In this document: positions 1-11,300 of the stretch, piece after piece | Position numbering within the stretch: position 1 is the stretch's first letter | How the letters are laid out: every line of letters starts with the position of its first letter | Assembly (NCBI GenBank): GCA_002499195.1 | Contig: DAKS01000018.1 | Coordinates: forward strand, 24,905-88,904 | Source of the DNA: Euryarchaeota archaeon UBA443 | GTDB taxonomy: Archaea > Thermoplasmatota > Poseidoniia > Poseidoniales > Poseidoniaceae | Length of the DNA stretch: 64,000 nucleotides | Direction: 5' to 3' | The notes under the pieces: model-generated | Databases searched by the model: none | The model's input: the letters and a program-made list of their open reading frames with translations, nothing else | Told to the model about the DNA's origin: nothing | Translations under genes and position numbers: made by a program

Positions 1-1
1 A

Positions 2-2368
2 TCCTTTGAGGTTATTTTTCAACTGCAATCACCTGTTTCGAATGAAGACTTAGAACACATCGATACTCTAGGAGCTATTCACCTCAATGAAGCCAAATTG
101 ATCGATGGAGGTCTTCTTGAGGCAACCTCTGATGTCATCCGTCAACTTTCTAATTGGGACCGAGTAGAATATCTTGAACTAAATCGTGAATTAGATTTCT
201 TCTATCTTCCTGTTGAATGGGGAGGTGACCCAACCGATCCTTCGATTATGATGCATGAAACAACCCATGTAGTTCGAGCAACCGATGCATGGCATCGAGC
301 CATCATCGACGTTGATGGAACTGTGGAATTTGATAGTGATAATGCATTTACTGAATGGGATGGTGATGGAACAGCCGTTGTCGATCTTGATACCGGAGTC
401 GATTCAGGGCACCCAGATTTTGACTACCTAGAACCATGGACTGGTGAGAAAGTAATTTACTCTGCTAAATGGACTGGTGTTTGGACCGAGACAAGAAACT
501 CTGACACCTCTTCAGGACACGGAACACACGTTGGTGGCACAATTGCCGGTAATGGTGACGCCTCAGCTGGACGTCGAGCAGGTGTTGCTAAAGGCGGACA
601 AATGGTCGCTTTAGGCACCGGTGACGGAGCCTCTATTTTCGCTGCAGAGCAAGGACTTGAATGGACATATGAACACTCAATACCTTCTCAGAACCAATAT
701 CATATTCGAGTTGTCTCCAACTCTTGGGGGACGGATGGTGATTACGACCCAAACGGTGCTATTGCCACAGTTACAGACAAACTAACATTTGACAATGGCG
801 TTGCAGTTATCTTTGCAGCATCTAATTCTGGTGGCTCCGGTGGTGGGGGCGAGTGCAGTGGTGACTTGCGAACCAATGTTTATGCCAACACTCCTTCAGC
901 CATTTCGGTTGCAGCCTTAACGCACGATGGGACACAAGTAACATCTTTCTCCTCACGTGGTTGCATGAATCAGCAACACACTTGGCCAGATGTTGGTGCC
1001 CCAGGCCGTGACATTTGGGCTACAGCACCGCGCGGTACTGCAATCGATGCAAGTACCAGAACTCAAGGTGATCTATACTACATGGCCATTTCTGGAACTT
1101 CGATGGCTACTCCACACGTTGGTGGTATGGCAGGAGTAATTCTTGACATCGCTCCTTCTTTGGGTGTTGCTGATTATCATCGAGAAGATCATGATGAGAG
1201 CGACAGTCTTGTTGGTGGAGAAGGTACAGCAGCATATGGCCAATTCGATGATTGGGCAACCGCTAATTATTCTCGAGTCCATGAATTAGAATTGATTCTT
1301 GAGCTGACAGCACGCTATGAGGGGATGGAGAATTCTTGTGAAGACGGGAATGATGAAGATTCATGCAACGACATTCCTGCTGAATGTTATCGTTCTGCTA
1401 CGGGGGAGTGTCATGACTGGAGAATCGGTCATGGTTTAACCGATGTCGATGCAGCTATGGCTTTGGCTCGAACACTTCAATTGATGCGTGATCAAGATGG
1501 CGATGGTTTAGTCGATCATCCAGAATATACGGTTTGGGATGCATGGGATATCTACGAATCGATGATGGTCGAAAAATCCATTCCGGTTAATACCGATCGT
1601 GTGAGTCACAGTTGGAAGGGAGATTGGAATCATTTCAACAATGGTGCTAACGGTGCTGTGTACTATACTGAAGATTCGCATTACGTTTGGATTCCAAATG
1701 GAACAACGCAACTAGAAGCACGTTTCGTACCAACGGAATTTGATCTTGATACGGCACAAGGTGGCGCTTTGCAACTTGAAATCGATTTGGGTGAAGATGG
1801 TAGCAATGACGCCCAGGGTTCGTGTAGTCGAGTTTCTGATTCCTGGATTTGCGATTTGGATGTTGAATCATCTCACTGGAATACTTGGGCGCACTTCGAT
1901 GTAGTTGGTCAAGCCTTCACATTCTTTGGAATTCTTGACGACCCTGAATTCTTTGAATCACGAATCCCTTACACGGTTGATGTTACCCTCACACTCGATT
2001 TGAGTGAACCTGTTGATATTTCGATAGAGCAACGGCCTGATTTCTACTCCGATCTTGATCCTGCAGCACCTTCGGATGCTTACGATTCAGATTATGATGG
2101 TATGTTGACGTTTACGCGACCTGTCTATGATCAACAAACAATCACTTCTCTTATTGAGCCTAAGGTAGTGGAAACTGAAGAAGATGAAGGTGGATTTTTC
2201 TCAGCACTTGCAGATATTTTCTCCAATCATCTTGGAGCAGCGAGTTTCTTTTTCCTGTTTGTTCTCTTGAGTGCTTTGGGAATAGGATATATGATACGGT
2301 CAAGTCGAATCGATGAGCCAAAACTATTGATTTCGACATCGATTGATGCTGAACTCGTTGAAGATTAA
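2..2368 (+). CDS. Subtilisin-like serine protease (peptidase S8), 5'-partial, C-terminal membrane anchor
   Basis: The frame stays open from the window edge; the 'M' at 98 is a TTG and there are no stops upstream. Catalytic motifs are DTGVDSGHPDF (Asp), HGTHVGGTIAGNG (His), SNSWG (oxyanion Asn) and SGTSMATPHVGG (Ser). A long acidic C-terminal extension ends in the hydrophobic helix FFFLFVLLSALGIGYMI followed by RSSR. Confidence 0.85.
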   Translation, partial: SFEVIFQLQSPVSNEDLEHIDTLGAIHLNEAKLIDGGLLEATSDVIRQLSNWDRVEYLELNRELDFFYLPVEWGGDPTDPSIMMHETTHVVRATDAWHRAIIDVDGTVEFDSDNAFTEWDGDGTAVVDLDTGVDSGHPDFDYLEPWTGEKVIYSAKWTGVWTETRNSDTSSGHGTHVGGTIAGNGDASAGRRAGVAKGGQMVALGTGDGASIFAAEQGLEWTYEHSIPSQNQYHIRVVSNSWGTDGDYDPNGAIATVTDKLTFDNGVAVIFAASNSGGSGGGGECSGDLRTNVYANTPSAISVAALTHDGTQVTSFSSRGCMNQQHTWPDVGAPGRDIWATAPRGTAIDASTRTQGDLYYMAISGTSMATPHVGGMAGVILDIAPSLGVADYHREDHDESDSLVGGEGTAAYGQFDDWATANYSRVHELELILELTARYEGMENSCEDGNDEDSCNDIPAECYRSATGECHDWRIGHGLTDVDAAMALARTLQLMRDQDGDGLVDHPEYTVWDAWDIYESMMVEKSIPVNTDRVSHSWKGDWNHFNNGANGAVYYTEDSHYVWIPNGTTQLEARFVPTEFDLDTAQGGALQLEIDLGEDGSNDAQGSCSRVSDSWICDLDVESSHWNTWAHFDVVGQAFTFFGILDDPEFFESRIPYTVDVTLTLDLSEPVDISIEQRPDFYSDLDPAAPSDAYDSDYDGMLTFTRPVYDQQTITSLIEPKVVETEEDEGGFFSALADIFSNHLGAASFFFLFVLLSALGIGYMIRSSRIDEPKLLISTSIDAELVED

Positions 2369-3579
2369 AGCGGATTTTGTGGAGCTTCTTCGGGTTCACT
2401 TCTTGGCATTGAATCAAGATCTTCGAAGGTTAACTGTCCGGTATGAATCTCTTCAATCTCTTGCAAGCGTTCTGCCATTGGTTTGCGGACTATGAATTCA
2501 ATTCGGCCTTTACTTCGGGTTAAATCGTAGGAGAGAGGATCGAGGCTCTCAATCACTTGTTGTTCAAAGGAGCGTTGTACTTTTCGACCTCTCCATGATG
2601 AGTATCCCCATTGATATGCAATTCCTACAATTGCAGCACCGTAGAGAATTGCTAAGAACGTTGTTGCAAATAAAGCCGGGTTCCCCCCTCTTGCTTCCTC
2701 AAGCAAATCTCGACCTAAGAGGAAGACTAAACCAACGCCGACCAAAGGTTTGAGCAATGATTCAACCCATTGATCAATGGGTATCAAACGACCCTTTGAA
2801 GGGTCAACAAAGACCAGATCTGTTTCAAATGCTGTTGACAAAACACCAACCAATGCCAATAAAGCAATGTAGAGTAGTGAGGACAGAATCATCTCAGCCC
2901 CCAAATTATCTAATTTGAAGATCCAATGGACGATTAAGTAGGCAAAGAGGCCAAGGAATACGCCGCGAGGTACTTTGTGAAAATGCTCAATGTGTTGAGA
3001 AAATTCTGTGTAATTTCGTTCTTGTGCAGGATTGCCTCGATTGGCTTGTGGAATGTGAATGATTTGCCAGTGCATACTCCGTTCGATGAAATTCATGATT
3101 CGTATCAGGATGCGCTGACGAATGAGAATAAATTCCACTAGAAGAATAACTGGAAGTCCCACGAGCATAACTGGAAGAGCTACGATGAAAGCAAGAGGAA
3201 AAATAATCAGGGCGGGTAGAATTAGAAAATGTGAGATTGAAAGGGGGTTCAAGATATCTGCTTCAATCAATCGTTGTCGAGATGGTGTAATACGAAGACT
3301 TCGTGCAACATCATTCAGTGAATTTCTATAACTTTCGAGTTGACGTCCGGAGTCAATAATTTGACGAACAGTCTTCCTATACTCCGATTCTTCGTGGCTC
3401 CCACCAATCCAGTATTGCCAGATGAAACGTAGCGGAATTGCAGTCAAAACCGGTACTGCAAGTATTCCTAGTGCCCACATGAGTGACTGAATATCTACCT
3501 CAGTTGCCATGGGCTCACCATATCTGCCGAGATTTGCCCTTCCTATCAATCCATTGTGAAATTTTGAATTCAAACCCAA
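2365..3579 (-). CDS. Multi-pass membrane protein, function unknown
   Basis: Long ORF with several hydrophobic segments (ILAVPVLTAIPL, LPALIIFPLAFIVALPVMLVGLPVILLV, LLYIALLALVGVL, TTFLAILYGAAIVGIAY) and an acidic soluble C-terminus. The annotated start at 3579 is TTG; an in-frame ATG at 3510 (MATEVD) is an alternative. No family recognised. Confidence 0.45.
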   Translation of the reverse strand: MGLNSKFHNGLIGRANLGRYGEPMATEVDIQSLMWALGILAVPVLTAIPLRFIWQYWIGGSHEESEYRKTVRQIIDSGRQLESYRNSLNDVARSLRITPSRQRLIEADILNPLSISHFLILPALIIFPLAFIVALPVMLVGLPVILLVEFILIRQRILIRIMNFIERSMHWQIIHIPQANRGNPAQERNYTEFSQHIEHFHKVPRGVFLGLFAYLIVHWIFKLDNLGAEMILSSLLYIALLALVGVLSTAFETDLVFVDPSKGRLIPIDQWVESLLKPLVGVGLVFLLGRDLLEEARGGNPALFATTFLAILYGAAIVGIAYQWGYSSWRGRKVQRSFEQQVIESLDPLSYDLTRSKGRIEFIVRKPMAERLQEIEEIHTGQLTFEDLDSMPRSEPEEAPQNPL

Positions 3580-3610
3580 TGTTCTAACACTTGTTTACAT
3601 ACCTTCAACC

Positions 3611-4597
3611 ATGCGAAGGGTCGCTGTTACCGATGGTATGGCACAAGAAGCGGTCAAGAAACTTGAGCAAGCTGGTTGTGAAGTCGTTCAAGATTTCATT
3701 GAGCATGATGTTCTCGTTGCTGGTGCACTTGCTGATTTTGATGCGATTATCGTACGCAGTGCAACAAAAATAACCGAAGAGATGTTGAATAAAAGTCAAC
3801 CACGTTTGAAGGTCGTTGCACGGGCAGGAGTTGGAGTTGACAATATCGATATCAGGGCAGCATCTGAACTGGGAGTACCTGTTGTTAATGCACCGCGAGC
3901 AAGCACTCAAAGCGTTGTAGAACTTACTATTGGACATTTACTCGGCTCACTCCGATTTATTCCAAGAGCTGATCGTTCACTACGTTCTGGAGAGTGGGCG
4001 AAAAAAGAACTGAAAGGAACAGAACTTTTTGGCAAAAGGTTAGGACTTATTGGCTTTGGAAGAATCGCTCAAGGTGTTGCTAGAGTAGCCCAAGCATTTG
4101 GCATGGAAGTACATTCATACGATCCCTATCTTCCATTATCCGTCGCCAAAAAAGCGGATGTTACCATGCACAAAAATGTAGACAATCTCTTCAAAACATG
4201 TACGCATATTTCCATCCACTGCAATTTGACGGAAGAGACACATCATCTCATCAACAAAAAGCGAATTGAGATGATGCCTGGAGTCGATCCATTCAACCTC
4301 AAGTGTGGTAACCACATCGTTAACTGTGCACGCGGAGGTATTGTAGACGAAGATGCAGCGTTTGCAGCGCTAAAGTCCGGTCAACTATCGTCACTTGCAC
4401 TCGATGTTTTTGAACACGAACCAGTTGATGCATCATCTCCACTTCTCCAACATCAGAACTTCCATGGAACGCCTCACATTGGTGCTGCAACAATCGAAGC
4501 ACAACGTCGCGTGGGATTGGATATTGTTGATGCAGTCCTTGCCGTTCTCAATGGTGGAATGGCTGAAACAACTGTTAATCGAAAAGATATCGTTTGA
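3611..4597 (+). CDS. D-isomer-specific 2-hydroxyacid dehydrogenase, 3-phosphoglycerate dehydrogenase-like (short form, no ACT domain)
   Basis: Contains GVGVDNIDI, the Rossmann motif GLIGFGRIAQGVA, NCARGGIVDEDA, LDVFEHEP and HIGAAT, which are typical of the family. 328 aa. Confidence 0.8.
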   Translation: MRRVAVTDGMAQEAVKKLEQAGCEVVQDFIEHDVLVAGALADFDAIIVRSATKITEEMLNKSQPRLKVVARAGVGVDNIDIRAASELGVPVVNAPRASTQSVVELTIGHLLGSLRFIPRADRSLRSGEWAKKELKGTELFGKRLGLIGFGRIAQGVARVAQAFGMEVHSYDPYLPLSVAKKADVTMHKNVDNLFKTCTHISIHCNLTEETHHLINKKRIEMMPGVDPFNLKCGNHIVNCARGGIVDEDAAFAALKSGQLSSLALDVFEHEPVDASSPLLQHQNFHGTPHIGAATIEAQRRVGLDIVDAVLAVLNGGMAETTVNRKDIV

Positions 4598-4646
4598 ACC
4601 ATTACTTCAACCACTGATTCTTGAAGAAGTGATCAAAAAATGAGGG

Positions 4647-5795
4647 ATGAATTTCAAACACTGTCGCCAAGTGTATCGATGTGTGCGTGAAGAACGAATC
4701 ATCATTCATTGCGACCTTGATGCCTTTTTCGCGTCGGTTGAAATTCTTCATCACGGATTTCCAGAAGATGAACCTCTGATCATTGGTTCAGATCCAATGC
4801 AAGGACGTGGCCGAGGGATTGTATCAACCTGTAATTATGCAGCACGTGAATATGGTGTTCGGTCTGCAATGCCGATCTCAGAAGCATGGCGACGCTGCCC
4901 CGGACACCCTTTTGGACCGGCACGATTCATTCGTGGAACACGCTCCCTGTATTCTATGGCTTCTCGCCGAGTGATGAAATTACTTCGAAATGATTCTGAC
5001 AAATTCGAGCAAGCAAGTATCGATGAAGCATATTTGGATGTTACCAAAATCGTTGAAGGAGATTGGGATGAAGCGATGGCACTTGCGAGACGTTTGCAAC
5101 GAACAATCCACGAGAGAGTCGGGTTAACTGCTTCTTTTGGCATTGGACCAACTAGAATTGTCGCTAAGATGTCCTCAGAAGTGAATAAACCCAATGGGAT
5201 TCATCGAGTTTTACCCGATGAAATTACAGATTTTTTTGAAGCTAGATCGGTACGTGAAGTGCCAGGTATTGGTCCAAAGACAGCGAATGTTCTCGCCGAA
5301 TGGGGTATAACTACGATGGATGAAGCTGTTGAAATGGGAGAACTTGCCTTATCGAGAATGACATCTAAGCGCTTTGCATCTTGGCTTTTGCAAGTTGTTG
5401 AGGGTTCAACATCAAACGACATTAGTCCTCTAAGATCTCGTCGTTCAATTGGAAAAGAACGAACTTTTTCCGAAGATCAAAGTGATCATGAACATGTGCT
5501 TGAACTATTGCAACAATTAACGGTGGGTGTTCTGAAAAAAGCACGGACTGAAGGAATTGCTGGCCGCCTTGCTGAAGTCAAAATTCGATACACTGGATTT
5601 GAAACCCACACGCATGGACGTTCAATTCCAGTTGCTATGGATGATACTGATGTCTTTCTGCGACAAGTACGTCGTCTATTTGCTGAGAACGTTCATCAAG
5701 ACGAAAAAATACGATTGATTGGTTTTCGTTTAGGCCAACTTGAAGAATTGGATACACGCCAAACAACGTTGGCGTTCGATGAAGAATCAGAGTAA
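4647..5795 (+). CDS. dinB: Y-family DNA polymerase IV (DinB/Dpo4-like)
   Basis: N-terminal IIHCDLDAFFASVE and SIDEAYLDVT catalytic motifs, plus the GIGPKTA helix-hairpin-helix. The length is typical. Confidence 0.9.
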   Translation: MNFKHCRQVYRCVREERIIIHCDLDAFFASVEILHHGFPEDEPLIIGSDPMQGRGRGIVSTCNYAAREYGVRSAMPISEAWRRCPGHPFGPARFIRGTRSLYSMASRRVMKLLRNDSDKFEQASIDEAYLDVTKIVEGDWDEAMALARRLQRTIHERVGLTASFGIGPTRIVAKMSSEVNKPNGIHRVLPDEITDFFEARSVREVPGIGPKTANVLAEWGITTMDEAVEMGELALSRMTSKRFASWLLQVVEGSTSNDISPLRSRRSIGKERTFSEDQSDHEHVLELLQQLTVGVLKKARTEGIAGRLAEVKIRYTGFETHTHGRSIPVAMDDTDVFLRQVRRLFAENVHQDEKIRLIGFRLGQLEELDTRQTTLAFDEESE

Positions 5796-8303
5796 CTTAT
5801 GCATTCGAGTCAGCGTTTCACGGAATTCTTCAAGAGAATCAGGGATGTTAATTCCCTCAATTTCTGCATTGAGTGACAATCCGTTTTCCTTTTTCGTCTT
5901 CCAGACTTCACTGTTGAAAGCTTCAATATCTGAAGTCTTTGCATTCAAATCAGATTGTATGGCCGGTAGTTGTGGGAAAGCATCCACATCAACGGCGCTT
6001 TCACCATACAGTGTCATCGAGATGTGATGGCAGAAGAAAGGACATACTGGGCTAAATGCTGCAAGGAAATCTTTCAAAATTAGGTGAATGGTCCATGCTG
6101 CATGTTCATCACCATCGTAAAGTCGTGATTTTGCCATCTCCAACCAATGTGAAGGTAGGACTCCAGTTCCAAAAGTCTTGAGTGCCTGTGTTGCAGTGTA
6201 GATGTCAAGATCTTTCCAAGCACCTTCAGCTGTGGTCATCATCGCCGCAAATTCAGACTTAATCCATTGATCTTCAATCGGGTATGGAGTAGAAGGTTCT
6301 TGTTCAGGACATTCAAATTGACTAGCAAAACGAGCTACATTGAAAATCTTAGTTAGGACACCAAAATACTTCGATTCAATCTCTTCTGGGTTGATGTGGA
6401 AGTCGTCTCCGACCTGCGCTTCACAAGCCTTCCATAAACGGAAACATTCGCTCCCAATCTTGTTGGCTTTTAGATTGACAGAGCCATCAGGTCCGCGAAC
6501 TTTCCATGCACCCGTACGACCACCTGATCCACATTCTAGAACGCTATCTGCATCAATACCGTTGCCAAGAGATTTCGACATCTTTCGTCCCCATGGGTCC
6601 ATTCCCAATCCATCGATCCAAACGTGTTTGAATCCTGGTTGTTCTAGGAGAAGTGCAGATTTGAGCAGTGTGTAATACAACCAAGTTCGAACAATTTCTT
6701 TGCCTTGAGGCCGTAATGCTGTTGGAAAAGCCTTCTCAAAAACATCTGGCCGGTTCAAGTATCCACTCACGAATAGATTTGAGTTGGATGAATCCATCCA
6801 CGTATCAAACACCTTTTCTTCTCCACGAATTTGCCCCATTTCAGCTTGGAGTTCTGAATATGCACCAACATCTTCTCGAGTATTTCTAAGCAAGACCCGA
6901 GATCCTTCTGGAGGAGAATCCTTCCATGGTTGAACATACTGGCCTACAGGAGGGACAATGATGTGTGTTTCATCTTCAGAATACCAGATTGGAATTTCCG
7001 TATGATACCAACGACGTCGCGAAATTGGCCAATCGATGCTGATGTTTTCCATCCAGTCCAACAAAAATTGGCGATTACGAGGAGGATGGAACTCGATGTC
7101 CTCAATCAACTCAAGCATCTTATCTTGAATATGTGTTTGGCGAACATACCATTCCTTGAGTAGGATGATCTCTACAGGATTCTTCCCCCGTTCTGAAACT
7201 GGAATTTCTTGTTGGCGCTCCTCGATGGAAACAATGTTTTCATCCGATTCCAACATCTCGATCGCTTTGGCCCTTGCATCAAGAACAGTCAATCCTGAAA
7301 GCGGTCCTGATATTGAAGTCATGCAGCCATTCAAATCGATTGCTTGGAAAGGAGTAAGTCCGAGTTCTCTGAAGACAGCAACGTCGTTTTGGTCACCAAA
7401 GGAACAGACCATCAAGATACCACTGCCGAATTCAGATTTAACGGAGGGATGTGTCTGAATTTCAACTGATTTGCCCCGTTCATCTACTGGCATTGGCAAA
7501 TTTACGCGTTTTCCGACGAGATGTTGGTATCTTTCATCATCAGGGTGAACGACAACAACTCCACATGCACAAATCATTTCAGGTCGAGTTGTTGAAATAA
7601 CGAGTTCTTCGCCATCTTCTGTTTTCCATCGAACATCGACAAGTTTCGTCATACGTTGAATTCGTTCAACCTCAGCATCAGCAATTGTCGTCCCCTCTAC
7701 CGGGTCGTAGATGTTTGGTCGCAAATCCTCTACAATGTCTCCTTTTTTGAAGAGTTCAATGAAAATTGATTGAGTAACGGAGCGATAATCTGGTGCATCG
7801 GTGAGGTATTCGGCTGCAAAATCACAGGATAATCCTACACGAGCAGCAGTTTTACGCATAGCTTGTGTAAACGTTTCAATGGTCTCTCGACAGAGGTTAA
7901 GAAATTCCGCCCTATCATACGTTTTCATTTTCCGTTTGGTGTTTTTCTCAACGGTAAATTCAATGTTTATTCCGTTTCGATCAACGCCCCAGGGGAAATA
8001 AACCTCCTTTCCGAGCAAACGTTGCGAACGTGCCAATACATCGATCATCGAATATTGTGCAACGGCTCCGATGTGCCATGTCCCTGAAGGATATGGCGGT
8101 GGAGTGTCGATGACAAAGATTGGTTTTCCACTTTCAGGTTTGAATCCGTATCGGTTTTGATAGGCACCTTCATCGGCGTAGTGTTCTTCTTGAATTTTCT
8201 TTTCGAGGTCGATTGACCATCGCTTGTTTGGAAGTCGAGGCGTCCCCATGCTTAACACCGGCCCTGCCCCCTGTGACCGGGGTGGTCCAGTCACTCCTGT
8301 CAT
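5787..8303 (-). CDS. valS: Valine--tRNA ligase (archaeal type)
   Basis: Class Ia aaRS with IDTPPPYPSGTWHIG (HIGH region) and KMSKSLGNGID. The editing-domain motif TTRPEMICACGVVVVHPDDERY resembles the ValRS TTRPET...VHP.DERY. At 838 aa it fits ValRS rather than IleRS or LeuRS. An alternative ATG lies at 8249 (MGTPRLPNKRW). Confidence 0.8.
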   Translation of the reverse strand: MTGVTGPPRSQGAGPVLSMGTPRLPNKRWSIDLEKKIQEEHYADEGAYQNRYGFKPESGKPIFVIDTPPPYPSGTWHIGAVAQYSMIDVLARSQRLLGKEVYFPWGVDRNGINIEFTVEKNTKRKMKTYDRAEFLNLCRETIETFTQAMRKTAARVGLSCDFAAEYLTDAPDYRSVTQSIFIELFKKGDIVEDLRPNIYDPVEGTTIADAEVERIQRMTKLVDVRWKTEDGEELVISTTRPEMICACGVVVVHPDDERYQHLVGKRVNLPMPVDERGKSVEIQTHPSVKSEFGSGILMVCSFGDQNDVAVFRELGLTPFQAIDLNGCMTSISGPLSGLTVLDARAKAIEMLESDENIVSIEERQQEIPVSERGKNPVEIILLKEWYVRQTHIQDKMLELIEDIEFHPPRNRQFLLDWMENISIDWPISRRRWYHTEIPIWYSEDETHIIVPPVGQYVQPWKDSPPEGSRVLLRNTREDVGAYSELQAEMGQIRGEEKVFDTWMDSSNSNLFVSGYLNRPDVFEKAFPTALRPQGKEIVRTWLYYTLLKSALLLEQPGFKHVWIDGLGMDPWGRKMSKSLGNGIDADSVLECGSGGRTGAWKVRGPDGSVNLKANKIGSECFRLWKACEAQVGDDFHINPEEIESKYFGVLTKIFNVARFASQFECPEQEPSTPYPIEDQWIKSEFAAMMTTAEGAWKDLDIYTATQALKTFGTGVLPSHWLEMAKSRLYDGDEHAAWTIHLILKDFLAAFSPVCPFFCHHISMTLYGESAVDVDAFPQLPAIQSDLNAKTSDIEAFNSEVWKTKKENGLSLNAEIEGINIPDSLEEFRETLTRMHKLL

Positions 8304-8383
8304 CGTTGGTTTTTCAACGGTTCCCTCAACAACTGTACGGCAATTCTTTCAATGAATGACTCAAGGGAGTGTTGGGTTCCACC

Positions 8384-11300
8384 ATGTCGGATGACGTTGA
8401 AGACCAAACATCATCCTCAAATGGGGACGAAGTTGGACGCATTCAGGCAATTGCTGATTATGGTCGAAATAAGATGCGTGTTGCCTCAGTTGACATTTCC
8501 GCCCGTGTTCGAGACTTCAATGCCAAGAAAGCAGTAGATGCAGTTCTTGATGCCCCTAAGAGATTGAAACGTGAATGGCAAAAATCTGGTGCAACAGGAG
8601 TTATTACAAGATTTCCGATCGCAACTGTTGCCCTATTTTTGATGATCACATTGTATTTTGTTACAACCTCTGGATTCCTCGATGATACACGATTCGATAA
8701 TGATCCAAACGAACCTGCCCTCAATGTCAACGGTGATATGGAAGTTTATCTGCCAGATGGAAGCGAAGTCAAAGAACTAATTGGTAAAGTCGAAGAAGAT
8801 TGGACAACTAATGTCATGGTTATTTACATTGAGTCCGATAAAAATAATATCACTGACCAACGTATTCTTCAGGAGATAAGTTACGTTGAAAAGAACATCA
8901 ACCCTTACGTTTCAGATAACGAGAGTGATGATGTCATTTACATCCTGTCAATTTCAACGGTGCTTAAAGAAATCAATTCCAGTCTTCCTCGTGTTAGAGA
9001 TGCGTTCATCACTGAACTTGGTCAACAATGCCCTTCATTCCAAGAAGTCTGTGAAAATTTTGCTGCAAATGTTAACACTGCGCTTTCTGCAGGGGATGAT
9101 CAATTTGCAGGTGGGTATGAGATACCCTCACAGACAACTATCGATCTCATCATCGGTGAGATGTATGAAAATGATGGCTCCCCTACACCAGGTCTTGACA
9201 AATTAGCACGTAATACAAATGCATGCAGTGGTCAACCTGGAGTCGATGATGCAGATGACAACGGTTGTTTTGCTGGAGAGGATCTCAAACTTGACCGTGC
9301 AATTATGGCTGTTGCTGTTGTTGATACCGTTGAAGCAAAGGACATCATTAAAGCCACTCAAGAGCGATTGGACAATATATCGATCGAACAACGCCCGTGT
9401 GAATTCGATCAAAATGGTAACCCTGCCAATGCGGATCGGTGCACATGGGAAGACCTAGGTCTCAAGATGACGCTTACAGGGCCTGTTCCTATCACGAACT
9501 CCGTTACGGAATTCTCATTTCGCCTCTTTTGGGAAATCTTCCCAATGGCTGTTGTTCTCGTAGCACTTGGATTGTTCGTCTTCCACTCTGACTTACTTCA
9601 AGCAGGTATTTCTGGTATTCGTCCTATCCAAGGTATCAAAGTTGTAATCATTGCAGGTCTACCGACGCTTTGTGCAGTATTTTGGACGTTAGGCATTATT
9701 GGAGCATCAAATTTTGAAGTTACAATGACCGTCATTATTGTAGGTCCTATTCTTCTTGCGCTCGGTGTTTCTTACGGGCTTCACATCACCAATCGCTATG
9801 CGGAAGAAGAAGGAAGTCGAAGTGAAAAGATGAAAGCTTCCATGCAATCGACAGGAAGGGCAGTATTTTTGTCCGCAGTAACAACCGTAATTGGTTTCAT
9901 TTCTCTGATATTCACTCCGATGGCACCGATTCAAACAGTTGGAATCGCTCTTTCTGGAGGAATTGTCATCGTGTATATTCTAACGATGTTCATGGTTCCA
10001 AATTTGACACTAATTTTGGACCTTCGTAAGCCCAAACATCCACCATTGAAGGTGTTTGATGCTGCAGTTGATGTTCCTGTCAAACGTAACACAAGCGTCA
10101 TTGCTTTCTTCCTCATTCTGGTTTTGGTTTCAGCAACTTTAGGTCAATCCAATGTTGAGGAAAATATCGATTTACTTGGAATGGCACCTGAAGGTGAGCA
10201 ACCAGTCATCAAAATGAAACAGTATAGTCGTGAGTTTAACGCAGGTCAGATTGGAATGATATTGGTTCATGCCAACGTTTCCGGGGATGTAACGGATAAC
10301 GATCCTACCAACGATGATCCCGCTCAAAATTTGAAAATTATTGACGGTCTTGAACGCAATATCAACACTATCGATGATGCATCGGCCGTGTCTGTTGTGT
10401 TTCTTATGAAGGCTACAGGACTTGCTCCTACTCTTTCTAGTCAACCAATTCTTGAACAGATTCAAGAATTGCCAGGGTACGAATTTCTACCAGAGGATGT
10501 ACGGGACACTTTCGAAGTTTTGTTGAATCAGCAAGTGACGCAGGGTGCTACATTCTGGGACTTACTAACAACACCTGAAGAATTTGGACTACCTGGTTCA
10601 ACACAAAGTCAAATATTCCTCTTGGATGTCTTTTACTCCTCATTAACAAAAGAAATGCGTGAGATTTTCATTAATTCGGATTATGATAGGACTTTGATTT
10701 ACATCGATATGCCGTTTATTCCTGTTGCTGATACAGCCGTTGCAGTCGAGCAAATTAACGAATATTCTGAAGGATTCCAAGGCACGCACCAAGAGCGTGC
10801 GGAAAAGTTGACTGGAGTTGCTGCAACTGCTATTGAAGTAAACAAGTTGATCGTCGATTCTCAGTGGACCTCGCTTGGATTTGCAATTATTCTCACTTTG
10901 ATTGTTTTGGCCGTCGTATTCCGAGACATTCGTTATTCACTTCTAACGACTTCTCCAGTCATTGCCACCGTTGCCTTGCAGTGGTTGGTGATGTGGCAAA
11001 TGGACGTTCCTTTGTCATTGGTTACTGTCATGATCGGTTCGATTCTCGTTGGGGTAGGTGTTGACTTCTCTATTCACATCGCCAATCGTATTCGCGAACT
11101 TGGAGGAGGAATTGAAGCGATTCGTTCTGCAGCAGTAGGTACTGGAATGTCTTTGTTTGAAGCAGCTGTTGTAACCTCGCTCGGAATGTTTACTGCTTAT
11201 CAGATTCCAATTCCTGAGATCAAACCTTTCGTAACTGTAATCCTCATATTGCTTTGGGTTGCTGCGGCAAGTGCATTGTTCCTGTTACCTGCTATCTTTG

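Noticed and set aside
4647-5795. DinB as a marker of a mobile or SOS cassette
   Set aside because: No integrase, transposase, umuD/imuA-like partner or repeat boundary is nearby. It sits between a dehydrogenase gene and valS.
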